Shown here piece by piece: positions 16,772 through 26,260 of a stretch of DNA of 34,669 nucleotides. The position numbers and the translations under genes were made by a program. The stretch comes from a bacterium. Its GTDB lineage: Bacteria > Patescibacteriota > UBA1384 > JBDRDK01. The first letter of the stretch is position 1, and each line of letters begins with the position of its first letter. The notes under the pieces were generated by a model. It was not told the DNA's origin. It saw only the letters and a program-made list of their open reading frames with translations, and made no database searches. The stretch covers positions 1 to 34,669 of the forward strand of contig JBDRDK010000039.1 in the NCBI GenBank assembly GCA_043820855.1. The letters are read 5' to 3'.

Positions 16772-18433
16772 ATGTCAAACAATCAAGATCAAACATCTCA
16801 AAACCCTGACCTTCAACCTGATTCAAATATTGAAATTACTCATCAGTTCCCAGCTCAAAAAACTGAAAGAAAACAAGAGATAAAAGATATATTTGAAGAG
16901 GGACTTGCTTTCGAACCGCAAAATGTAAGTACTACTCCGGAACCCAAACAAGAACCCAAAACTTCCTCTTCTGTTAAAACACCAGTAACCCGATCACCTC
17001 GAGACATACCACAAGAACCGCCACAAATTGAAACAGACAACTTAAGAAAACCAGAAACTGTAGATACTGACGGCTTAGGATCATTACAATTAAAAGGGTT
17101 TAGTCAAAACCAGAATAAATCTACTCAAGAAACATCATTACCCGCACAACCACCCCATAAGAAATCAATACTTGGTTTAATTATTGGAACAATCATCGCC
17201 TTACTGGTTCTCGGCGGTGGGGGGTATACGTATTTTACTTTTTTCACCAAAAAAACCATTACTCTAAAACTAAACACTGAAGATGCTGTAGTAAAAATTG
17301 ACTCCAAAGATTACAGTTCCGAGATTCGCAACCAAGTATTAGAGATAAAACTGTCTGGTGATGTTCATAAGTTTGAAATAAGCAAAGATAATTATTTTAC
17401 TTATAAAAAAAGTATCGATTTATCCAAATTACAGAACAACAACTTAGAGGTTGATCTTCGTTCTTACCCGATTGCTCAACAATTAATGAAATATACTGCA
17501 GATTACCTGCGGGCTTATTTTGTTAGTGATTTGTTATATTATCGTAGCAATCAGGGCAAAACCTTATATTCTATCACGCTAAACAGCGACGGTAGTCAAG
17601 AGGACTTTCAAAGGTTATCGCCTGACATAATGGTTAGTATCAATAATTTAGTATGGAGCCCAAGATTTGACTCAACAATTATTCAAATTCCAGCTGACAA
17701 AACCAAAGGAACGGTATTTGCCGAAGGTGGCACTTCCGGTACAAAAACTTTTATTTATTTTGACTATAAAAATGTCCAATACATAGGAAGTAATATTCTA
17801 GACATTAAATATTCCCAAGATGGAAAATCCATTTATTATAATACAACCGGTGGCTTATTACTAAAATCTTTAATTGAAAACATATCTGAATCTCAACAAC
17901 TATTAAATACAAAAAAAGCTTTACTGGAAAACCCCAAAATAGTGATATCAAATACTGGCAATTATTTAGCTTTAATCCCTCAATCGACTAATTATGAGGA
18001 TAACCAAATATATCTATTTGATATTACCAGCAAAGAATTAACTGAATTAATTACTGATGGCAGCCAGTTTGATGCAAGGTTTTCTACAAATGACTCAAAT
18101 CTATTATTTGTCACATATTCAGAAAGTGGACCCGTGCTTAACGCAGTAAACATACAATCTAAAGACATTTTTGATTTAAACATCCAGACCTCTATAGAAA
18201 ATACGGTATGGTTAGATGATGAAAATATTTTATTTAGTAAGTATAATAAAAGCAGTAATAGTTATGAAGTAAACAAAAGAGGGATGGATTCTGATTCTAA
18301 CGCTAGTTATAGATTTGACTCTGCAAAAACTTTGGAGATAAAAAATATTTTATTTAATCCGGATAATAATATCCTGTATTTTTTAAATAATAGTTTAATT
18401 TATTATTTAAAGTTAGATGATGGAAGATATTAA
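16772..18433 (+). CDS. Single-pass membrane protein: disordered N-terminus, PEGA-like domain, TolB-like beta-propeller
   Basis: TM near aa 133-157; AVVKID..H.FEISKDNY; WSP, YSQDGKSIYY and FSTND blade motifs. Confidence 0.7.
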   Translation: MSNNQDQTSQNPDLQPDSNIEITHQFPAQKTERKQEIKDIFEEGLAFEPQNVSTTPEPKQEPKTSSSVKTPVTRSPRDIPQEPPQIETDNLRKPETVDTDGLGSLQLKGFSQNQNKSTQETSLPAQPPHKKSILGLIIGTIIALLVLGGGGYTYFTFFTKKTITLKLNTEDAVVKIDSKDYSSEIRNQVLEIKLSGDVHKFEISKDNYFTYKKSIDLSKLQNNNLEVDLRSYPIAQQLMKYTADYLRAYFVSDLLYYRSNQGKTLYSITLNSDGSQEDFQRLSPDIMVSINNLVWSPRFDSTIIQIPADKTKGTVFAEGGTSGTKTFIYFDYKNVQYIGSNILDIKYSQDGKSIYYNTTGGLLLKSLIENISESQQLLNTKKALLENPKIVISNTGNYLALIPQSTNYEDNQIYLFDITSKELTELITDGSQFDARFSTNDSNLLFVTYSESGPVLNAVNIQSKDIFDLNIQTSIENTVWLDDENILFSKYNKSSNSYEVNKRGMDSDSNASYRFDSAKTLEIKNILFNPDNNILYFLNNSLIYYLKLDDGRY

Positions 18434-18439
18434 AAAGGA

Positions 18440-18560
18440 GTGATTGGTAACTGGTGGTTAGTTACTGGTTATTGGTTACTAGACTAATAACTTCGTCCAA
18501 AGGACGATCAGCCTCTGGCTGAAATCATTAATAACCAATAACCGACAACTAATCATTAAT
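18440..18560. repeat. Inverted heptamer array carrying one REP-like double hairpin
   Basis: ttggtaa/ctggtgg/ttagtta/ctggtta/ttggtta ... tcgtccaaaggacga-tcagcctctggctga ... taaccaa/taaccga/caactaa. Confidence 0.85.
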
Positions 18561-18562
18561 TT

Positions 18563-20263
18563 ATGGCTTATCAAAAAGAGAAAAAACTTGGCGAAATAGA
18601 ACTTCCGATAAAAGAAACGGTTGAACGGAAAGTTGAAATAAAACCAGGAAAAGTCGAGATGGAGACCGAGAAAATACCTTTTGCCAAGGAACTTCCTACG
18701 TCCCCTACAATAACCTCTCCAACTGGGGGCAAAACCAAAGGGGGGCCAAAGAAAAAAGCTGGTATAACAGCAAGGGCCGAACCTAGTCCTACACCTCCAC
18801 AACCTAAACCTGGGGAACCGGCAGTATCTCCATCATCACCTCCACCGCCCCCACAACCTAAAGCTGGGGAACCGGCTGTATCTCCATTTGAAAAAAAACC
18901 TGTTCTCCCAGAGGAAGTAGCAGGAGAAAAACCAAAAGAAAGAGAAGAACCCAAAAAAGAACCCAAGAAAGAAGAACGTAAAGAGGAAACTCCTGAAAAA
19001 GAGGAATCTTCAGACGAAGGAGAAGCAGGAGAAAGGGGAAGAGAAGTAAAAAAGGAACAACCTGAGGAGCAAAAACCTAAAGAAGATGAAGAGGACAAAG
19101 AAGAAAAAAAAGACGGAGAAGAGGAACCAGAAAAGAAAGACGAAAAGGAAAAAGAGCCAGAGGAAGAACCAGGAGAAGAAAAAGGTGGGCCAAGAGAAGA
19201 AAAAGAAACCAAGCCCGGGGAAGAAGAACCAGTCGGTGGCAAAGTTAAAAAACCAAAAGCAGGAACATCAAAAGGAGTTGGAGCAGCTGAAGGGACAGCA
19301 GATAAGGGTGCGGCAGGCGCAGCCAGGGCAGGGGCAGCTGGCGGTGCTCGCACCGCAACCGGGGTTGGAGCTAAGCTAGGTACAGCCTTGGCAAGATTGG
19401 GCCCTTGGGGCTGGGCAGCGTTGGCAGTGATAATAGTAGTTGTAGTGATATTGATTTGTGCAGCAGTTGGCTGCAGTGATCGGTTTGGTTCCAGTCTGCA
19501 TCAGCCCGATGATGGCTCGGAAGGTAGATATACTCGAGCATATGCTGGAGATAATAATGCTCAAGCTGAAGTGATTGCAGTTGAAGGTTCTGAATTTAAA
19601 GACAGTATCAGCATCATATCCGACCAAGAAGGTAGCGATAATTTACAGCCATTATCTGATGAAACAGTTAATATTATTGATAGTTTGATGGGTCTGAACC
19701 CGGACCAAGAACAGTCCAGAGAGAATATGATAGAACAGGTCAGTCAAAACTATCAAAGTATTTTGGATCATCTGGGTATATATATAGTTGGACTTCCGGG
19801 CCATTTGGAAAATATTAATCAGAGGCAGATCGATAATATTACGGTCAATATAGCAGAAAGAAGAATATATTTACATTCTTCAGCTAACAAAGACAAAGAT
19901 CTAATCCTAGGTAGTGCCCCAGTATATTTTGCTTATGATGCACTCAATAATATTCAAGGCGCAACACTTCCTTCGGGTACAACCAAAATTAAAAAAATTC
20001 AGGACGCAGGCGAAGGCAATCATTTTATAGATAAAAACGGCTATGATTTCGGTAGATATTATATTGAATTAGATGGTAAACCGGAATTTATTATTGGCGC
20101 AAACACAAAAGATGAAGAACTGAACACAGACAACTACTCGCTATCTATGCTGCGAGCCACTTCTGGCCCGTTGAGAGTGTCTAGTTCTGACCTGGAGAAT
20201 TTAGCTAAATACTTATTAAAACACTCCAATCACAACATTAAAATAAGTTTTATCAATGAATAA
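18563..20263 (+). CDS. Membrane protein: Pro/Glu/Lys-rich N-terminus, Gly/Ala-rich region, TM, degenerate YkuD-like C-terminal domain
   Basis: PPQPK.GEPAVSP x2; TM WGWAALAVIIVVVVILIC; C-terminal ITVNIAERRIYL...PV...LPSG...FGRYYIEL...TSGPLRV..DL. Confidence 0.7.
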   Translation: MAYQKEKKLGEIELPIKETVERKVEIKPGKVEMETEKIPFAKELPTSPTITSPTGGKTKGGPKKKAGITARAEPSPTPPQPKPGEPAVSPSSPPPPPQPKAGEPAVSPFEKKPVLPEEVAGEKPKEREEPKKEPKKEERKEETPEKEESSDEGEAGERGREVKKEQPEEQKPKEDEEDKEEKKDGEEEPEKKDEKEKEPEEEPGEEKGGPREEKETKPGEEEPVGGKVKKPKAGTSKGVGAAEGTADKGAAGAARAGAAGGARTATGVGAKLGTALARLGPWGWAALAVIIVVVVILICAAVGCSDRFGSSLHQPDDGSEGRYTRAYAGDNNAQAEVIAVEGSEFKDSISIISDQEGSDNLQPLSDETVNIIDSLMGLNPDQEQSRENMIEQVSQNYQSILDHLGIYIVGLPGHLENINQRQIDNITVNIAERRIYLHSSANKDKDLILGSAPVYFAYDALNNIQGATLPSGTTKIKKIQDAGEGNHFIDKNGYDFGRYYIELDGKPEFIIGANTKDEELNTDNYSLSMLRATSGPLRVSSSDLENLAKYLLKHSNHNIKISFINE

Positions 20264-23200
20264 ATCTATTAAGTCCACATGTATTCTGAGTATGAGCTTG
20301 TTGATTGCTCTTTTGCCTGTATTTATTCCTTTTTCACAACGAGCTCAAGTTCAAGCTCAAAATAGAGTTGAAACTGTTGATGCAGCTCCCAAAGGCATAG
20401 ACTTAAACAACCGACTAGTTTCGGCTATAGCAGAAGCTCATAAAAACCAAGTTCAGTTTCTGATGTTGAATATGGCTGGACAAAAGCCGCTATTAAAGAT
20501 AAACCGAAAAGATCTTGAGCGTATAAAAAATAAAAAAATCGATAGGCGCATCCTAAAAACTCTTAACTATTTGGTAACCCCTAGAGAATTTGGTGGAGCT
20601 GGTTATAATTACTTAAAAATTCGAAGAATAATGAAGGGTTATGACACACCAATATCTAACCGCAAAATCTCCCGAGAGTATCCCAAAGATACTGATCCAA
20701 ATATATCAGTTCATAGCTCGGGGCAGGCAGTGGACATCGAAGAGATTGACTATATTTACTCCACCTTGAAAGAAAGCTCTTTGATAAAAACCAAGAAAAA
20801 ACCTCAAGCCCCGATGCCTATCAAAGTAGCTTGGCAGAGCAATGAAGGATTTGATCAGTCTGGTGGAATGGAAACTTATAACCAAAGCATGCAAGGACTA
20901 TTTAATGAATACGGTACTGATATATTAAATCAATCTTTAACACTAGAGCTAGCAGATTTATACGGCACAGAGCTAGATTTAAATAATTTATCTTTAACAG
21001 ATTTTGAAAGTTTAGCCAAAGCTACTGCGCTAGAATGGTTTTTAGCAATGGCAGATATGCCTGGACTTGACCTGTCTGGCTTGAATCTTTCTAGCCTATC
21101 TTGGGGCGAATTAGTGCGTGAAGTTTCACGAGGTTATCTTGGGGACGTATTAGGGATAGACTCTGAAGGATTAAGAGGTAATGGGTTTAGTGAAATAAAA
21201 CAAAATGTTGGTAGAGCAGAAACTGAAGATCGACTTGGTGTACCAAGTGGATCACTTGAAACAAAAAATGGCAAATCTGATGAAATGCTTAGACATATGG
21301 CTACTCGCAGACTTGAAGATGATTTGGAATTCGCTAGAGATTCATTGAAAAACATTGCTTCGGAAACAGCTGTCCAGAAAAAATTTAAAGATGCTGTTAC
21401 TCTGTATCACGCAAGTCGGGTAGATAGTGCACTAGGAATGCCGCCAAGCTCAACGCCAAATTATTACACAAATATTTTACAATCAGGTAGTAAATCCCAA
21501 ATATCAGATGCTTTATTCAATATCGGAGCATATTACGCTAGTCAAATTTTAGTAAATAACCTGTCAGAGCAAAGTCTAGTTTATCGCTGGATAACTAGCA
21601 AGGGAAGTGTGTCATCACAAATTGATTTTAATTTAGCTGGTAACAAATTAGAAATAGACGAAACTAGATTAGCTGGAAATGTTAGCTTGAAATCTGGCGA
21701 CATTGAAAATCTATTTATTAAAGATGGTGCCAACGCTGTATTCAATCGACTGGGGGAATCAACTCTTTTAGACGGTCTAGGAAGTGCAGCTTTGGAAAAC
21801 TTCGACTCTTTAGCAAATGTTTATGCTGATTTTAACTTTTACAGCAATACTGCAAAAGATATTCAAGATCAACTTGAAAGTTTGAAAAGTCAGAGCGGGT
21901 TCTCGGATATCGCTAATACACTTGCTGGAATTGTTAGCGGCTTAACTGTTATTAGTGGATCAGAAGATAACTATGATACAGAACGCGACATAAGGTCTAT
22001 GTCAGAAGCTGCCCGAGAATTAAGTCAGTTTGAAATCCAAGAAGGAGGTACGCCTTCTGAAAGCATCCAAGAATTAGAAAATAACATAAACTCCTTTGTT
22101 GAAGGAATAAACTTACCTTTCTTGCCCGGTCTTTCAATGGACGATCTTGATATCCCTGATTTAAATATTTACGGCACTAATATTTCGAGCTTGGGCCTCC
22201 TGGACGCAATAGCTAGTGAAAATCCAGAAACTAGTTTACAAAATATTGGTATAGAAATATTAGAAAACAATTGGGAGTTTAGTTGGGCTTTACCATCCGG
22301 AACTATGAAAAAATTATTCAATGGTGAAAATGTTTCAGGCGAAGTTGAAACTACGCTAGGTAACATTGCTTCAGATTATGTTCAAGATGAGTTTGGTATC
22401 GATTTTTCTGGTGAAGATCTTGTAAATATATTTCATGGAGATTTTGATAGTTTGATTGACGTGGGTGGGGCAATGATAGATGGGGCATTAAATTTGCCTA
22501 TTGGTAGCACTGCAAAATCAATTCACGACGGTGGAGACCCTGAACAAATTTTTGAAAACACTGGCTCATTACTCATAAGCCAGTTCTTGGGACTGGACTT
22601 TCCAGTAAGCCTGGAGGGCAATATCTCTCAAAATATTGGCGCTGGGATAATTGAAACTAGACTAGGATTTGAATTAAATTCACTAGAAAATTATTCAAAT
22701 ATTAATGACATGATCTCGGAGTTAGGAGTTGATAGGGTTGCAACGATCTTCCACTTAGATTTAAATGGCGCAAATACAATTACAGATACCGTTATTGAAA
22801 GCTCATCCGACGGTATACAATATATCGGCTCTTATCTTAAAATAAACCAAGATAGCGTTAAGCACTTTCTAGAAGGTGGTACGACTCAAGATTTATCTAA
22901 CGATGTCGGAGAATCTTCTGCGCTTCAAATAACAGCCGACAAACTCATAAACCACCTGGGCCTTGATCCAAGCATCAAAGACATTATACAAGAAGATGTG
23001 ATTGACAAACTAATAACCAAGGAAGGTTGGAACACTAAAGATGTTGTAGGATCTGCTTTAATTCTTTTGGCAGGGGAAAAACTAGAAGAAGTAACCGGAT
23101 TACGAGCTGAAGAATTAAAGGATATATATGAATCTTCTGAAAATTTTAACGAAACAATAACAGAAGCTGGAATGAGAATTGTAGTTCAAATGTTTTCTGA

Positions 23201-24815
23201 TTACTCAGGGTTTCCAGAAGAAGACTTTGATAATATTGTCCGTGAGTTCTATGAAACCAACACGGTTACCACTGAAAGCTTACGCAACTTAACGTCTAAG
23301 GTTGGTTTTAGATTATTAAAAGAAGCTTGCCAAGCTCAAGGAGTAGACTGCGCAACAGATGCAAATTTATTTGCCCAAAGTGTAGCTATCAACGGTATTA
23401 CTCAGGGAAATGTAAAAGAGTTTTTAAACGGCGCGTCTGTAGCTGCAATAGAAACCCTTTATAACACCGAATTTAAGGATGAGGTTGGCATTGATTTTCA
23501 ATACATCCACGACGCGGTTACAGCTAACCCAGAACTGGTAAATTCATGGATGACTAACAACAATGTCAACCCGGAAAGCGCTACCGAAGAACAGATTCGT
23601 ACTGCTGAACGCGAATCGCGCAATAAAGCCCAACGAATATTGCAATACAATATAATGGACGCTCAATTACATCGAATAGACCCGGGTATTCCACAAGGAT
23701 TTGCAGAAGTAATGCTGGAAGGAGACGAAGATAGTCGTCGATTTGTATTTGGGACTTATATTTTCGATAAAATCGAAGACGAGGTTGGCATACCTTCCGA
23801 ACTATCTAGAATATATACTACATTGCGAAGTGACTTTATATATGGCGTGGACATAACCAAAGAAAAATATTGGGATGACGTTGAAGCCGCGGCAACAGAC
23901 ATGCTTGACTCTGTGCTACGTGATAAAACTGGTATTAACTTTTCAGACGGAACAATAGATACGTTATTCAAGGGTAATGTTGGCGATGCCCTGGAATTGA
24001 ATATGAGCGTGATATCTGATTTTGTTGACGGCTATATTGGACTACCTCGAGGAACAACTCAATTGATTTATAAATCTTATCAAGTTTACGCTGAATCCCT
24101 AAAAACCTATCAAAACGTATTGGCTGGGGGTGACGCAGAAGCAATCGCTCAAGCCAAAACTGCTTATAATGCTCAAGTAGCTGCTATTGTAGTTACCTTA
24201 GTAAACTTTGCATTTGGAAAACAGTTTGCAAAATTAGATCAACAATTTGGACTACCAGCAGGTACCACCTCGTCTATTATTGGGCTGGGGATTACTTGGT
24301 TAATTACTGGAGCAATACCTATAATAGGAGTTATTGGCTTAGCTTATAATGTGTTGTTTGGGGTATATAAAGTTAAGATGTTTTCTACCCCGTGTAATTA
24401 CCAGCCTGCTGTGGAAAATCCCCCAGCTTGGATGAAAATGCGTAACCCAGATCATCCTGATGAATTAGGTATATTACCTTCTGCGTTCCCATACTGCCCA
24501 GGCGAGTGGTCGTATAAACCAAAGTTCTCGAGTGAGACATTCAAGGATACTGCAATACAATCCGCACAATACAAGGTTGCTATGCTAATAGGTGATCTGT
24601 TGTATATGAATGATAACTTGGAAGCTCTGAATGATAAAATTGCTGGGGAGAACGGGAATATGCAACCTATCCAGATCCTTACCTTGCGAGAAGAAGATCG
24701 AAATCGATATCTGTATAAGGTAATTACAGAATACGGCAAAACAGCTGGAGCTAGAGGACGAACAGGAGTAATTATCTCTGAAAAAGTTTGGGACGTAGTA
24801 CACATTGGTTACTAG
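20256..24815 (+). CDS. Giant exported protein with split M15/DD-peptidase-like Zn motifs and a repetitive helical core
   Basis: Signal peptide; SVHSSGQAVD (aa 151-160); C-terminal QPIQILT...WDVVHIGY; recurring LG(L/M/V)PxG(S/T). Confidence 0.7.
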   Translation: MNKSIKSTCILSMSLLIALLPVFIPFSQRAQVQAQNRVETVDAAPKGIDLNNRLVSAIAEAHKNQVQFLMLNMAGQKPLLKINRKDLERIKNKKIDRRILKTLNYLVTPREFGGAGYNYLKIRRIMKGYDTPISNRKISREYPKDTDPNISVHSSGQAVDIEEIDYIYSTLKESSLIKTKKKPQAPMPIKVAWQSNEGFDQSGGMETYNQSMQGLFNEYGTDILNQSLTLELADLYGTELDLNNLSLTDFESLAKATALEWFLAMADMPGLDLSGLNLSSLSWGELVREVSRGYLGDVLGIDSEGLRGNGFSEIKQNVGRAETEDRLGVPSGSLETKNGKSDEMLRHMATRRLEDDLEFARDSLKNIASETAVQKKFKDAVTLYHASRVDSALGMPPSSTPNYYTNILQSGSKSQISDALFNIGAYYASQILVNNLSEQSLVYRWITSKGSVSSQIDFNLAGNKLEIDETRLAGNVSLKSGDIENLFIKDGANAVFNRLGESTLLDGLGSAALENFDSLANVYADFNFYSNTAKDIQDQLESLKSQSGFSDIANTLAGIVSGLTVISGSEDNYDTERDIRSMSEAARELSQFEIQEGGTPSESIQELENNINSFVEGINLPFLPGLSMDDLDIPDLNIYGTNISSLGLLDAIASENPETSLQNIGIEILENNWEFSWALPSGTMKKLFNGENVSGEVETTLGNIASDYVQDEFGIDFSGEDLVNIFHGDFDSLIDVGGAMIDGALNLPIGSTAKSIHDGGDPEQIFENTGSLLISQFLGLDFPVSLEGNISQNIGAGIIETRLGFELNSLENYSNINDMISELGVDRVATIFHLDLNGANTITDTVIESSSDGIQYIGSYLKINQDSVKHFLEGGTTQDLSNDVGESSALQITADKLINHLGLDPSIKDIIQEDVIDKLITKEGWNTKDVVGSALILLAGEKLEEVTGLRAEELKDIYESSENFNETITEAGMRIVVQMFSDYSGFPEEDFDNIVREFYETNTVTTESLRNLTSKVGFRLLKEACQAQGVDCATDANLFAQSVAINGITQGNVKEFLNGASVAAIETLYNTEFKDEVGIDFQYIHDAVTANPELVNSWMTNNNVNPESATEEQIRTAERESRNKAQRILQYNIMDAQLHRIDPGIPQGFAEVMLEGDEDSRRFVFGTYIFDKIEDEVGIPSELSRIYTTLRSDFIYGVDITKEKYWDDVEAAATDMLDSVLRDKTGINFSDGTIDTLFKGNVGDALELNMSVISDFVDGYIGLPRGTTQLIYKSYQVYAESLKTYQNVLAGGDAEAIAQAKTAYNAQVAAIVVTLVNFAFGKQFAKLDQQFGLPAGTTSSIIGLGITWLITGAIPIIGVIGLAYNVLFGVYKVKMFSTPCNYQPAVENPPAWMKMRNPDHPDELGILPSAFPYCPGEWSYKPKFSSETFKDTAIQSAQYKVAMLIGDLLYMNDNLEALNDKIAGENGNMQPIQILTLREEDRNRYLYKVITEYGKTAGARGRTGVIISEKVWDVVHIGY

Positions 24816-24863
24816 TTATTAGTTAAAATTGAAAAGTTAAAATTTTTGAATTTTGGGTTTCAA

Positions 24864-25151
24864 TTATATTGCTCTAATTTTAACAGCTCTAATTCTGTTT
24901 TGACCTATTCTTTGGTCTAATATCTTTTGAATATCTGGTAATATCATCCCAATGTCCAAAGTCAAAGCATGGGAACAATAAATATATAAAATACCCCTGT
25001 TAAATTTATATTTAATGTCCTCTGTGTCCTGATCAACCAGAGAGTTAACTACAAGCTTGGCCTGATAGCACACTAAAGCAGCTTGAGCTGGCTTTTTTAC
25101 AAAAGAGGTGGTTTTTTTATTTTCAATTATGCGATTAATGTTTGTAAACAT
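24864..25151 (-). CDS. DciA/DUF721-family protein
   Basis: Follows recF with TAATG coupling; F.RGILYIYC...L...I..I.IR pattern. Confidence 0.65.
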   Translation of the reverse strand: MFTNINRIIENKKTTSFVKKPAQAALVCYQAKLVVNSLVDQDTEDIKYKFNRGILYIYCSHALTLDIGMILPDIQKILDQRIGQNRIRAVKIRAI

Positions 25152-26245
25152 TATAGTTTGATCAAGTTAAACTTTTTGGTTTTTGGATAAATGGTGGTAG
25201 AGGTAAAGATGCTTTGTTCGTCACCTAGATTTTCCAACAAATACTGTCTCCTACTTTTATCAAGTTCTGAGAAGGCATCATCTAATAAAAACAAGCATTT
25301 CTTGATATTGAGCTGTTCTTTTAAGAAATGTTTTTGGCTAAACTTCATAGCCAGAACTGCTGTTTTACCTTCACCTCGAGAACCTAAACAACTTATTTTA
25401 TTGTCATTTATACTTAAATTAACATCGTCACGGTGTGGACCTATGGATGTGTTCCCCTGTTTTATGTCAGTTCTTATGTTCTGCTGTAATTTTTTTTGAT
25501 ATATATCACGTATTTCTCCTAACTTAAAATTCCCGATCTCCGCACTGACCGTACCTTCCAGTAATAACTCTACCCTATCTTTCGTGCCACTAATATCTTT
25601 ATATTGGGCTTGTATATATTTATTTAAGCCTTTTATAATGTTATTTCTATTAAAGATGATATCACTACCAATACTAACGAGCTCGGAGTCCCAAAATTCC
25701 AGCTCGTGAATGTCTGCACGCCCCAGCCCTACAACAAACAACAGCTTATTCCGCTGTCTGATGATTTGTGAGTACCTTAAAAGCTTGATAGCATGAGTAG
25801 GTTTAGTTTGAGCTATAAATAGGTCTATGATTGATCTACGATCTTTCGGGGTCCCCCATATCATCCTTAACTCTTCAGGAGCAAAAACAATTACCGGAAA
25901 CTTACCGATAAAATTAGAGATGCCGACCTTTTTTGAGTTTCGATAAAAAGACTTTTTAATTTTTTTAAGATCTATGGCTTGCAGAGTCAAACTCTGTTTG
26001 TGGTTTATGTTTTTCAGCTCATCTTTCCAGTTAATAAATATACTACTGGGAAGCTTTGTGTCTTTGATATAATCTTGGTTACTGTTCGCCCTAAAAGATT
26101 TGCCGGTGCACACTAGGTGTAAAGCTTCTAAAATATTAGTTTTGCCGGTTCCGTTTTTTCCATATATTAAATTTCTGTCAAAGAATTTAAATTCTCTTTC
26201 AGAAAAGCTTCTGAAATTGTGTAATTTAAGAGCTTGTAGTTGCAT
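25151..26245 (-). CDS. recF: DNA replication and repair protein RecF
   Basis: NFRSF, GKNGTGKTNILEA, GPHRDD, SRGE, LLDDAFSELD. Confidence 0.95.
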   Translation of the reverse strand: MQLQALKLHNFRSFSEREFKFFDRNLIYGKNGTGKTNILEALHLVCTGKSFRANSNQDYIKDTKLPSSIFINWKDELKNINHKQSLTLQAIDLKKIKKSFYRNSKKVGISNFIGKFPVIVFAPEELRMIWGTPKDRRSIIDLFIAQTKPTHAIKLLRYSQIIRQRNKLLFVVGLGRADIHELEFWDSELVSIGSDIIFNRNNIIKGLNKYIQAQYKDISGTKDRVELLLEGTVSAEIGNFKLGEIRDIYQKKLQQNIRTDIKQGNTSIGPHRDDVNLSINDNKISCLGSRGEGKTAVLAMKFSQKHFLKEQLNIKKCLFLLDDAFSELDKSRRQYLLENLGDEQSIFTSTTIYPKTKKFNLIKL

Positions 26246-26260
26246 GATGGATCCATTATT

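Noticed and set aside
18571-19353. 260-aa Ser/Phe-rich minus-strand ORF
   Set aside because: Mirror of low-complexity Glu/Lys codons on the plus strand.
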